Positions 45,205-53,464 of a DNA stretch of 64,000 bases are shown in pieces. The notes beneath the pieces are model-generated. The model had not been told where the DNA came from, made no database searches, and saw only the letters and a program-made list of their open reading frames with translations. A program made the position numbers and the translations under genes. Source of the stretch: an uncultured Opitutaceae bacterium (lineage in GTDB: Bacteria > Verrucomicrobiota > Verrucomicrobiia > Opitutales > Opitutaceae); NCBI GenBank assembly GCA_903929355.1, contig CAIYUN010000041.1:10539-74538 (forward strand). The letters run 5' to 3'. Each line of letters begins with the position of its first letter. Within the stretch, counting starts at the first letter, position 1.

Positions 45205-47648
45205 CAGCGTTCCACCGTCTCCCGGCGGAGGGCGCGCATCACCGCGGCGCTGCCGGCGAGCACGAGGACGAACATCACGACCGCGATCGCGGTCGCCCGG
45301 CCGATTTGGAAATCCTGGAACATGGTCGAGACCATCAGCGTGCCGAGCGTGTGTGTGCCGCTGGCCGGGGCCTGGTTGGTGAGCAGCCACACCAGCTCGA
45401 AGGCATTTAGCCCCCCGATCACCAGAAACACCGCCGACACCACCAGCACCTCGCGGATGAGCGGCAGCGTGATCGTGAAAAACTGCCTCACCTTTGACGC
45501 CCCTTCCAGCTCCGCCGCCTCATACAGCTCCATCGGGATACCCTGCATCGCCGCGAGATAAAGCACCAGATTGAAGCCGCACGCCATCCACAGGTAGATG
45601 GGGATGAGCGCGGGGTAAAGATGGGCCTGAGCCAGCCAGGGGTAACCATCGAAGGAGCGAAACCACGCGACCCAAGCCGCCGGCGCGTGCGTCGCGGCCA
45701 GCAGACCGCCGAACTTCACCAAGGCCGCGTTCACCAGCCCGGAGTGCGGATTGTAGGCGTTGAGCCAGAGCAGGGCGGCCGCCACGCCACCGAGCAGGTT
45801 GGGAAACAGCAGCACCATCTGGAAAACCTTGGCTCCCCGCCCGCCGCGATGGATGAACGCCGCCAGCAGCAGGGCCGCCGGCACCACCACCAGCGCGGGT
45901 ACCACCATGAGGAAGAGATTGTTGCCCAGCGCGGACCAAAACGTGTCGCTCTCCAGCAGCAGCCACTTGAAATTGAACCACCCCGCCCAGGTCCGCGCGC
46001 TGATCCCATCCCAGCGCGTGAACGCCCACGCCAGCGCCGCCAGGCCGGGCAGCAGCACGAGCGCGCCATAGAGCAGCAGCGCCGGGCCGACAAAGCCCAT
46101 CGCGAAGCGGCCCCGCAGCGGGCCCAGGTGGGCCGCGTTGCCTTCGGCAACGCGGGTGAATGCGGATTGCGGATTGCGGATTGCGGATTGGGCGGAAGCT
46201 GCGGCGCCGCTGGGAGCGCGACCGCCTGTTTTCTCCCGCCACCATCCCCACCCCAACCACCCCGCCACGCCGGCGAGCACGAGCAGCAGCACCCCGGCCG
46301 GGAGACCGTGACGCACTTCGACGCGGTCCGGATCGGTCGCCCGGGCGCGGTCGGTCGCCGCCGCCTGCTCCAAGCGGGCCGCAAACTCGTCCGGGGTGAT
46401 GCGGCCGGTGGTGAGCTGCTGGCTCGCGTCAATGAGCGCCTGCCGGAGGGCCGGCGGCTGAAGCATGGTCTGGGGCATGTTGAAGGCCGCCTTGGCCTGA
46501 GCGATCAATGCGGCGGTATCCTGCATCAAGGGGGAAAAGGCCGACTCCGGCACGCCCCGGATCGCGACGGGCGCGTCGGCGCTCCGGACAAATGCCTCCG
46601 CCCGCGCCCGGGAGGTGAGGAAGCGGAGGAAATCCACCGTCAGCCGCTCGCGGGCGGCGTCACCGGTGGCGAAGACAAAGAAGCAGTCGCTCCCCGTCTG
46701 AATGGTCGTGGGATCGGCCGCGCCGTCGGCAAAAACCGGAAAATTCATCGCGCCCAGCTCAAAACCGGCGGGGATCTTGCCGCGCATCTCGTTGACGAAC
46801 CAGGAGCCGGAGACGGTCATGGCCGCCCGCCCGGCGAGGAACGCCTGTTCCGCGCCGGTGTGCGACTCGCCCTCCCAGCCCGGCGCGGTCTCCTCCCGGG
46901 TCACGCGCTGGAGCAATGCGGCGGCGCGCACCGAGCGCGGGTCGAGCCGGGCGCCCACTGCGGCCGGATCGTCGAGCGCACGCCAGGCGTCGTCGCCGAG
47001 GAGGTTGTGGCTGGCGGCCCGCCGGAAAGCGTCGGCGTAAAGCCAGCTCTGGCCGGGGAGACTGAGGGGAGTCAGGCCGGCGGCACGGATCTTGGCGCCA
47101 AGGACGAAAAACTCATCCCAGGTTTTGGGCACCGACCAGCCATGGGCGCGAAAGAGCGCCTTGTCGTAGAAAATAGTCCAGCAGGCCGAGGCGAACGGCA
47201 CCCCATAGACGCGGCCGCCAACCCGCCAGGAGTCGAGCGCACCCGGCAGATAGGTCGTGTCCCAACGGGCGTCGCCGTCCCAGTTCTGACCGGCGAGCGC
47301 GGGGTTGAGGTCGAGCACCTTGCCCGCCGCGATCAGCACAGGCCAGGGCAGCTCGGAGGTGAGGGTGGCGTCGGGCAGGTGGCCGTCCATGACGCGGACG
47401 CGCACCTGGTCGGCGATGCGCGGGTCGCCGTGGAGGTTGATCCGCACGCCCGGCCGCAGCGCCTCAAACTGCCGCGCCGTCTCCACATAAAAGGCGGTGC
47501 CGTAGCCGCCGTCGAAAACCGGGATGTCGAGAGTGACCTCGGCTGCGCGGGCCGGGAGTCCGGGCAGGGCGCCGCCAGCCATCACCGCCGCCAGCACGAG
47601 CCGGCGGAGGCGGGGAGTGGACGGTAGAAGTCGAAGGTCGAACGTCAA
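45204..47648 (-). CDS. fused sugar ABC substrate-binding protein / TM anchor / MalF-like permease
   Basis: Single 814-aa ORF. It has a signal peptide plus a family-1 SBP (~aa 1-450), one TM helix (VLLLVLAGVAGWLGWGWW), a linker encoded by (GCGGATT)4, then a 6-TM permease with the EAA loop LYEAAELEGASKVRQFFTITLPL. Confidence 0.75.
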   Translation of the reverse strand: MTFDLRLLPSTPRLRRLVLAAVMAGGALPGLPARAAEVTLDIPVFDGGYGTAFYVETARQFEALRPGVRINLHGDPRIADQVRVRVMDGHLPDATLTSELPWPVLIAAGKVLDLNPALAGQNWDGDARWDTTYLPGALDSWRVGGRVYGVPFASACWTIFYDKALFRAHGWSVPKTWDEFFVLGAKIRAAGLTPLSLPGQSWLYADAFRRAASHNLLGDDAWRALDDPAAVGARLDPRSVRAAALLQRVTREETAPGWEGESHTGAEQAFLAGRAAMTVSGSWFVNEMRGKIPAGFELGAMNFPVFADGAADPTTIQTGSDCFFVFATGDAARERLTVDFLRFLTSRARAEAFVRSADAPVAIRGVPESAFSPLMQDTAALIAQAKAAFNMPQTMLQPPALRQALIDASQQLTTGRITPDEFAARLEQAAATDRARATDPDRVEVRHGLPAGVLLLVLAGVAGWLGWGWWREKTGGRAPSGAAASAQSAIRNPQSAFTRVAEGNAAHLGPLRGRFAMGFVGPALLLYGALVLLPGLAALAWAFTRWDGISARTWAGWFNFKWLLLESDTFWSALGNNLFLMVVPALVVVPAALLLAAFIHRGGRGAKVFQMVLLFPNLLGGVAAALLWLNAYNPHSGLVNAALVKFGGLLAATHAPAAWVAWFRSFDGYPWLAQAHLYPALIPIYLWMACGFNLVLYLAAMQGIPMELYEAAELEGASKVRQFFTITLPLIREVLVVSAVFLVIGGLNAFELVWLLTNQAPASGTHTLGTLMVSTMFQDFQIGRATAIAVVMFVLVLAGSAAVMRALRRETVER
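46162..46189. repeat. (GCGGATT)x4 heptanucleotide tandem repeat inside a coding region
   Basis: GCGGATTGCGGATTGCGGATTGCGGATT. It encodes ...SAIRNPQSA... in the linker of the SBP-permease fusion ORF. Confidence 0.9.
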
Positions 47649-47835
47649 AAGTCCAATGGGAGGAGCCAGATGTCATACGTCGGAGGGTGGAAAGGGAAGA
47701 ATAACCCGTGACAGAAATCGGACGGCGGAAATCGAATGTCTCAACTCGCAAGTCGGGCGCGGTTGGAGTGAATTGCGCCTGATCCAAGGGAATCAAGGGT
47801 TGCGCGAAAGGGCATACTCGTTGACGAATTGCCGC

Positions 47836-48204
47836 ATGCGTGAACCCATCCGGCCCAAGCGACGCACGCATGATCCACTCGTGGTGGTGGCGGTCCTCGT
47901 GGCCGTCGGGTTGGCCGCCGCCATGGGCTGGGCCGGGTGGCGGGCGTTTGGGCACAGTGCTGCATCGCAGGACAACGCGATTTTGGGCAATCTCCGCAAT
48001 CTTCAGGCGGCGGCCGATCAGTACTTTCTCGCCAATGGGGTCAGTTCCGTCGCTTCCGTCACCATTGTGGGCACCAACTCATCTCAATACTTCCCTACGT
48101 TGTATATCGTCGCGCAGGAGACTTACCCCGCCAGAATCGTCCAAGGTCAGGGCATTAGCGCCGCCGGCGTCGCCGGGGCCAGGACTGTCACCTTCGGCCC
48201 ATGA
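47836..48204 (+). CDS. hypothetical membrane-anchored protein (pilin-like N-terminal helix)
   Basis: ORF 47524..48204(+), Met at 47836. One TM helix (LVVVAVLVAVGLAAAMGWAGW) then ILGNLRNLQAAADQYFLANG. Confidence 0.45.
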   Translation: MREPIRPKRRTHDPLVVVAVLVAVGLAAAMGWAGWRAFGHSAASQDNAILGNLRNLQAAADQYFLANGVSSVASVTIVGTNSSQYFPTLYIVAQETYPARIVQGQGISAAGVAGARTVTFGP

Positions 48205-48222
48205 ATTGGGCTGGGGTCAATT

Positions 48223-48277
48223 GGTGGAACCGGTTGACCTCAACCGGTTCAGCGCGTTGAGGTCAACGCGCTCCACC
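48223..48277. repeat. REP-A element
   Basis: GGTGGAACCGGTTGACCTCAACCGGTTCAGCGCGTTGAGGTCAACGCGCTCCACC. Confidence 0.8.
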
Positions 48278-48377
48278 TGCGGAGCAGGCTGGGCCACCGT
48301 CGGGCGATGGGCGGCAATAACTTAAGGGGCAAAGAAATGCTTGCCATTCCTGATATTTCTGTATTTTCTGTAAGCGC

Positions 48378-48920
48378 ATGAAACTGACACCGACTACACA
48401 GAAGTTTATCCTGCACTGGGGCGAGATGGGCGGGCGGTGGGGGGTCAACCGCGCGGTGGCCCAGGTCCACGCGCTGCTCATGCTCTCGCCAGCCCCGCTG
48501 CCGGCCGACGAGATCGCCGAGACGCTCGCCGTCGCCCGCTCCAACGTGAGCACCAGCCTCAAGGAACTGCAGGGTTGGGGGTTGGCGCGCCGGGTCCATG
48601 TCTTCGGCGACCGGCGGGAGCACTTTGAGACACTCCAGGACGTGTGGGAGATGTTCCAGGTCATCCTGCGCGAGCGGAAGAAACGCGAGCTCGATCCGAC
48701 CCTCAGCACCCTCCGCACCTGCGCGGCCGAGCTCGCGGCCGAAAAAGGGGGCGACAAGGCGGAGCAGGCTGCGACCGACCATGCGGCCCGACGCATCGCC
48801 GGGCTGATCGAGTTCATCGAGCTGAGCGCCAGCTGGGCCGAGCGCGGGCAGGCGCTGGCGCCGAAAAACGCCCGGCGGCTGTTTCAGCTCGGCGACAAGA
48901 TTTTCCGCCTCGTCGGCTGA
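48378..48920 (+). CDS. GbsR/MarR family transcriptional regulator
   Basis: KFILHWGEMGGRWGVNRAVAQVHALLMLSPAPLPADEIAETLAVARSNVSTSLKELQGWGL is the typical GbsR-type wHTH. Confidence 0.8.
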   Translation: MKLTPTTQKFILHWGEMGGRWGVNRAVAQVHALLMLSPAPLPADEIAETLAVARSNVSTSLKELQGWGLARRVHVFGDRREHFETLQDVWEMFQVILRERKKRELDPTLSTLRTCAAELAAEKGGDKAEQAATDHAARRIAGLIEFIELSASWAERGQALAPKNARRLFQLGDKIFRLVG

Positions 48921-48964
48921 CCGGGTGCCCTTCTCCGCGACACAAACCTGCAACCTCCACCACC

Positions 48965-49366
48965 ATGAACTACACCGTCCAAGCCTATCTCATCTATCTC
49001 CCGGTCGCGGTCGCGATGACCATCTGGGTCGCACGCACGCTGCACCACAATGGCCGCGTTTTCCTGGTGCAGGCGTTCCGAGGCAACGAGGCGATGGCCG
49101 ACTCGGTCAACCACCTCCTGGTGGTGGGGTTCTACCTCATCAACATCGGTTTCATCACGATGGCGCTGCGCTACGGCGACAAGCCGGTGGACTTGCAGGG
49201 CATGATCGAGTTCCTCAGCACGAAGCTGGGAGTCGTGCTGCTGGTGCTCGGCGCGATGCATTTCTTCAACCTGTTCAATTTCGACAAAATGCGCCGCAAG
49301 GGCCTGCGGCCTGAGGCGACAGTGGCCGCCGGCACTCCGCCGCCACTTCCAACGTTACATCGCTGA
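48965..49366 (+). CDS. hypothetical membrane protein (partner of GbsR-type regulator)
   Basis: ORF 48644..49366(+), Met at 48965; 4 TM helices. Confidence 0.6.
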   Translation: MNYTVQAYLIYLPVAVAMTIWVARTLHHNGRVFLVQAFRGNEAMADSVNHLLVVGFYLINIGFITMALRYGDKPVDLQGMIEFLSTKLGVVLLVLGAMHFFNLFNFDKMRRKGLRPEATVAAGTPPPLPTLHR

Positions 49367-49417
49367 TTCATCCACCCCGCCACGGGTCCGTCCCAGACCT
49401 CCGCGCCCTTCCCTCCC

Positions 49418-50368
49418 ATGAAAATCATCCTCCCAGGCGGCAATGGACAGGTGGGACGCGTGCTGGTGCGGGCGCTGGCGGGCGACGGCCATGACTGCGT
49501 CGTCCTCAGCCGCCGCCCGGGTGCGGGGGTGCCCGGGGCGCGCGTCGTCGGCTGGGACGGTCGCACACTGGGCCCGTGGACGGCGGAGCTGGAAAGGACG
49601 GACGCAGTGATCAACCTCGCCGGGCGCTCGGTCGACTGCCGCTACCATGAGCGCAATCTGACCGAGATGATGCGCTCGCGCGTGGACTCGACCCGCGCGA
49701 TTGGCGCGGCCATCGCGGCGGCCAATAATCCGCCCAAGGTCTGGCTGCAGGCCGCCACGGCCACGATCTACGCCCACCGTTTCGATGCGCCCAATGACGA
49801 GGAGACCGGCGTGATTGGTGGCCATGAGCCCGGCGTGCCTGCCTTGTGGGCCAAGAGCATCGACATAGCTCTGGCCTGGGAGGCCGAGATTAACGCCGCC
49901 AACACCCCGCGCACCCGCAAGGTGATCCTCCGCTCGGCCATGACGATGAGCCCGGACCGCGGCGGCGTGTTTCATGTGCTGGCCCGGCATTGCCGGCTGG
50001 GCCTTGGGTGGTTCGGCGACGGCCGGCAATACGTGTCATGGATCCATGAGCATGATTTTGTGGCGGCAGTGCGGTTTCTAACCGCGCGGGAGGACCTGGC
50101 CGGCGCGTTCAACCTCGCCGCGCCGGAGCCCCTCCCCTTCCGCGATTTCATCGCCGGGCTGCGCGCGGCGCTGGGCACCCGGCTGAGCGTACCGGTGCCC
50201 GTCTGGGCGCTGGAGATTGGGGCTGTGTTCCTGCGCACCGAATCGGAGCTGGTGTTGAAAAGCCGCCGCGTGGTTCCCACCCGGCTGCTCCAGAGCGGCT
50301 TCACCTTCCGTTATCCGCAGTGGCCAGCCGCCGCCGCAGAGCTGACAGCGCGCTGGCGCGGCCTTTGA
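49418..50368 (+). CDS. TIGR01777/SDR39U1-type epimerase family protein (DUF1731)
   Basis: MKIILPGGNGQVGRVL; collinear paralog of 22344..23357. Confidence 0.8.
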   Translation: MKIILPGGNGQVGRVLVRALAGDGHDCVVLSRRPGAGVPGARVVGWDGRTLGPWTAELERTDAVINLAGRSVDCRYHERNLTEMMRSRVDSTRAIGAAIAAANNPPKVWLQAATATIYAHRFDAPNDEETGVIGGHEPGVPALWAKSIDIALAWEAEINAANTPRTRKVILRSAMTMSPDRGGVFHVLARHCRLGLGWFGDGRQYVSWIHEHDFVAAVRFLTAREDLAGAFNLAAPEPLPFRDFIAGLRAALGTRLSVPVPVWALEIGAVFLRTESELVLKSRRVVPTRLLQSGFTFRYPQWPAAAAELTARWRGL

Positions 50369-51380
50369 ACGAATGCCCCCAATCCCATGACTCGCCGAAA
50401 ACGCATTCTGATTGAGCTGCTCGCCCCGCCACCGCTCGGCGCGCTTTTGCTGCTGGCCCCTTGGTTGATTCAGAGCGCGTATGCCCAAGGGTTTGGATCA
50501 CCACTTGAACTATTGTCAGCGCTCGTCGGGCTGGTGCCATTTGCTACATTTATCTCTTATCTTTTTGCCGGCATTCCCTCCATTATTTTCACCGTGTTGA
50601 TGGAGTGCGGATTTTTCCTCGGTTTGAATCCGGCTTCGTGGCGGGTGCTGGGCTATTCAACCATTCTCGGGGGATTCATGGGATACTCTCTGCCCTTGAT
50701 CGCCTCGGAAGCACATCAGGATTCCATTGGCATTGATGAAGCCAGACTCGGTGTAACCGGACTTATGGTCGGATTCATCGTCGGCCTCATGATTAAAATC
50801 GCCTCGGCCAACAAGCAGAAGCGGTGCCAGACGGAATCCAATGCCGCCGCGTCTTTCGACATCCGCAGCGGTCCGCCGCCGCCCCCGAGCTGACAGCGCG
50901 CTGGTGCCAACCCTGATCGAACACGCAATCCCATAACCCGCCGCAAGCGCATCCTGATCGAGCTATTGGTGACACCGCCGCTGGCGGTGTTTCTGTGGTT
51001 GCTTTTCGCCCTGATCCTGGGAACGGCCGAGGAGGGATTTGGCTCACTGCCCGCGCTGTTGGAATATCTGTTCATCATCGTGCTCGCGATGTTGTTCTCG
51101 TATTTTTACGCCGGCATCCCGACCATAGTTTATACGTTGATGATGGAATGGAGATTCGCCCGGGGGCTGAATCCAGCCTCGCGGCAAATGGTGCGCTATT
51201 CCACCATGCTCGGGGGAATCATCGGCAGCTCGTTCTCTATAGTCTCCCTCTTCAAGGAACAGTCCCTTCACGCCGACTTCGGCGACTTTGCGACATTCCT
51301 TTACGGTGTTTCATTAATTACCGCCCCAGCTGGCATGGCTGTCGGATACATCATCGGCACCCTAATCCGCCGTGGCTCGA
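50328..51380. repeat. diverged tandem duplication (period ~543 nt)
   Basis: 50328..50440 aligns with 50870..50985: CCGCCGC-GAGCTGACAGCGCGCTGG...CAATCCCAT(G/A)AC-CGCCG-AA-CGCAT-CTGAT-GAGCT. The encoded proteins stay homologous for ~150 aa. Confidence 0.7.
50387..50893 (+). CDS. hypothetical membrane protein (tandem paralog 1)
   Basis: 168-aa, 4-TM ORF. Homologous to the N-terminal ~150 aa of the next gene (RRKRILIELL..., YxFAGIPxIxxTxxME, GLNPASxxxxxYST). Confidence 0.6.
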   Translation: MTRRKRILIELLAPPPLGALLLLAPWLIQSAYAQGFGSPLELLSALVGLVPFATFISYLFAGIPSIIFTVLMECGFFLGLNPASWRVLGYSTILGGFMGYSLPLIASEAHQDSIGIDEARLGVTGLMVGFIVGLMIKIASANKQKRCQTESNAAASFDIRSGPPPPPS

Positions 51381-52270
51381 CTGATAGCCACGAGTCAGAC
51401 GCAGCTGAATATGGCCAGGTCGCCGCCACCGCCGGCTTGTTTTTCGGACCGGTATTGGCGTGGGTTGCAACCCGTAACGCCCCGCCATGGGTGACGATGT
51501 GGGCGGTCGCAATTGTCGAGCTTTACGCATTGAAGCTGCTCACGCTCGCCGGGCGCTGGCGCACCGCGAGCGCCTGGAGGGTGGTGGCGTATCTTCTCCT
51601 CTGGCCGGGGCTGGATGCGGAGGCGTTTTTGGGCGAGCGGAAAAATGGACAGTTGGCGGGCACAACTGGGGAGTTGGGGTGGGCGGCGTTGAAATTCGGG
51701 TTCGGGCTCGCACTGTTTTATTGGGCGGCGGAACACCCGGCGAGCGCGTCCGCACCCTGGGCCGGAATGGTGGGAATCATCTTCTTCCTGCACTTCGGGT
51801 TGTTTCATGTGCTGTCATGGTGCTGGCGGAAATACGGGGTGGACGCGCGGCCGCTCATGCGGTCGCCGATCCTCGCGGTGTCGGTGGCGGAGTTTTGGGG
51901 CGAACGCTGGAATGTCGCCTTTGCGGAAACAGCGCGCCGTTATCTGCTCCGCCCGCTGGCGCGGCGCTGGGGAGTGCGTTGGGCGGGGGCATTTGTTTTC
52001 CTGGTGTCGGGCCTCGTGCATGAGACAGTGATCTCGCTGCCTGCGGGCGGTGGTTGGGGCGGACCGACTGGGTATTTCCTGCTGCAGGCGGCGGGGGTTG
52101 GGTTGGAAAAGAGCGCGGCCGGACGCCAGCTCGGACTGGGCGCGGGTGGCCGTGGGCGGGCGTGGATGCTGCTGGTGACCCTCGCACCGCTGCCGTTGAT
52201 GCTAAATGCCCCGTTCACCGAACGGGTGTTCCGGCCGATGCTGGAGGCGGCCGGCAGGTATCTGTCGTGA
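50966..52270 (+). CDS. membrane protein: paralogous N-domain fused to an MBOAT_2/wax-synthase-like acyltransferase domain
   Basis: C-terminal SVAEFWGERWNVAFAETARRYLLRPL...VSGLVHE resembles the MBOAT_2 motif. TTG start; the frame is open upstream to the TGA at 50891. Confidence 0.65.
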   Translation: MVTPPLAVFLWLLFALILGTAEEGFGSLPALLEYLFIIVLAMLFSYFYAGIPTIVYTLMMEWRFARGLNPASRQMVRYSTMLGGIIGSSFSIVSLFKEQSLHADFGDFATFLYGVSLITAPAGMAVGYIIGTLIRRGSTDSHESDAAEYGQVAATAGLFFGPVLAWVATRNAPPWVTMWAVAIVELYALKLLTLAGRWRTASAWRVVAYLLLWPGLDAEAFLGERKNGQLAGTTGELGWAALKFGFGLALFYWAAEHPASASAPWAGMVGIIFFLHFGLFHVLSWCWRKYGVDARPLMRSPILAVSVAEFWGERWNVAFAETARRYLLRPLARRWGVRWAGAFVFLVSGLVHETVISLPAGGGWGGPTGYFLLQAAGVGLEKSAAGRQLGLGAGGRGRAWMLLVTLAPLPLMLNAPFTERVFRPMLEAAGRYLS

Positions 52271-52287
52271 ACACGTTCAGAGCCATG

Positions 52288-52326
52288 GTTTAACCACGGA
52301 TTCCACAAATAAACACGGATGAAACT
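52288..52326. repeat. CACGGAT word repeat
   Basis: GGTTTAACCACGGATTCCACAAATAAACACGGATGAAAC, followed by a GGGGTCG...CGACCCC hairpin (52350..52395). Confidence 0.65.
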
Positions 52327-52419
52327 GCCGGAGGTCAAGACTTCGGACCGGGGTCGTCCGCCTGCGCCAAGCTACGGCGCGACAAGGCGACCCCGGCTAC
52401 AACCGGAAAAATATAAACC

Positions 52420-52833
52420 ATGAAACCAAATCCAGAGATTATCCTGAAGCTCGCGGCGGTCGCACATCTGGGGTTGATCGCGGCTGGGATGCTGATGCCA
52501 CGCGTGACCGGGCTGTGGGCCGAGCTGGCGAAGCTCGCGCCCTTTGCGCGGCGGCTGTTCTGCGTCTATTATGCTTTCATCGGGCTGTGCCTGGTCTCGT
52601 TCGGGCTCGGCTCGTGGTTGCTCGCGCCGGAGCTGGCCGGGGGCACCACGCTGGCGCGGGCGGTGTGCGGATTTCTCGCGGCATTCTGGTTTATCCGGCT
52701 GGTGGCGGCGATCTGGGTCTTCGACGTGAGGTCGTTCCTGACCACCCCTTGGCTGCGCCTCGGCTACCATGCGACCAACGTGGTGTTCGGCGCACTGCCG
52801 TTCGTGTACACGTGGCTGGCGCTGCGGGGGTGA
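52420..52833 (+). CDS. hypothetical membrane protein
   Basis: 137-aa ORF with 4 TM helices. Confidence 0.55.
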   Translation: MKPNPEIILKLAAVAHLGLIAAGMLMPRVTGLWAELAKLAPFARRLFCVYYAFIGLCLVSFGLGSWLLAPELAGGTTLARAVCGFLAAFWFIRLVAAIWVFDVRSFLTTPWLRLGYHATNVVFGALPFVYTWLALRG

Positions 52834-52893
52834 CAACGGACAACAAACGGATTTTTGGGTTGTCCATCCGGAGGCGACAGCTACTCTCATCGT

Positions 52894-53124
52894 ATGACCG
52901 CGCTGGCCGAAAAGATCAAACCGCAGTTCGCCGGCTTGTCCACCGCCGACCGCGCAGAGCTTGCGCGTTATCTCCTCGAATCGCTCGATGAGCCGGCCAA
53001 CCCTGCCGCCGGTCAACGGTGGGAAACCGAGCTGGCGCGCCGCGCGGATGAAATCCGTTCCGGTCGTGCGGAAGGCCGTCCCGTTGACGAGGCTCTGGCC
53101 GACCTGCGAAAACGATATTCGTGA
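52894..53124 (+). CDS. addiction-module antitoxin component (TIGR02574-like)
   Basis: ORF 52855..53124(+), Met at 52894. LSTADRAELARYLLESLDE...WETELARRADEIRSGRAEGRPVDEALADLRKRY is the typical pattern. Confidence 0.75.
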   Translation: MTALAEKIKPQFAGLSTADRAELARYLLESLDEPANPAAGQRWETELARRADEIRSGRAEGRPVDEALADLRKRYS

Positions 53125-53419
53125 AAAGGTATCTGCTCCACGGGAGGCCGAGCTCGAACTGAACGCCGCCATGGCCTATTATGAGGAGCAGCGGCCCGGT
53201 CTCGGGCTGGCTTTGCTCGCCGAGGTGGAACGCGCCGCTGAGATGATCCGCCATTTTCCCGCCGCGTGGCCGTTGCACGGGCCGGCCGGTCATCGCAAGG
53301 CGGTCTTGGTTGGTTTTCCTTTCGCGCTCCATTATTTGGAGCTGCCGGATGTGCTTTGGATCAGCGCGGTGGCCCATGCCAAGCGGGAGCCGTTCTATTG
53401 GCGCGATCGTACGTGCTGA
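53117..53419 (+). CDS. ParE/RelE family toxin (start unresolved; possibly frameshifted at the 5' end)
   Basis: Frame of ORF 52961..53419. EAELELNAAMAYYEEQRPGLGLALLAEVERAAEMIRHFP...HYLELPDVLWISAVAHAKREP is ParE-like. There is no canonical start at the expected position. Confidence 0.6.
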   Translation: MREKVSAPREAELELNAAMAYYEEQRPGLGLALLAEVERAAEMIRHFPAAWPLHGPAGHRKAVLVGFPFALHYLELPDVLWISAVAHAKREPFYWRDRTC

Positions 53420-53464
53420 CCACCGGCTGGAGTCAGGCAAATGGGGAGAACTTGCCTGACACGC

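Noticed and set aside
47524-47835. Upstream part of ORF 47524..48204 as coding.
   Set aside because: It overlaps the 5' end of the SBP-permease gene on the opposite strand and has junk composition. The membrane-anchored protein starts plausibly at the Met at 47836.
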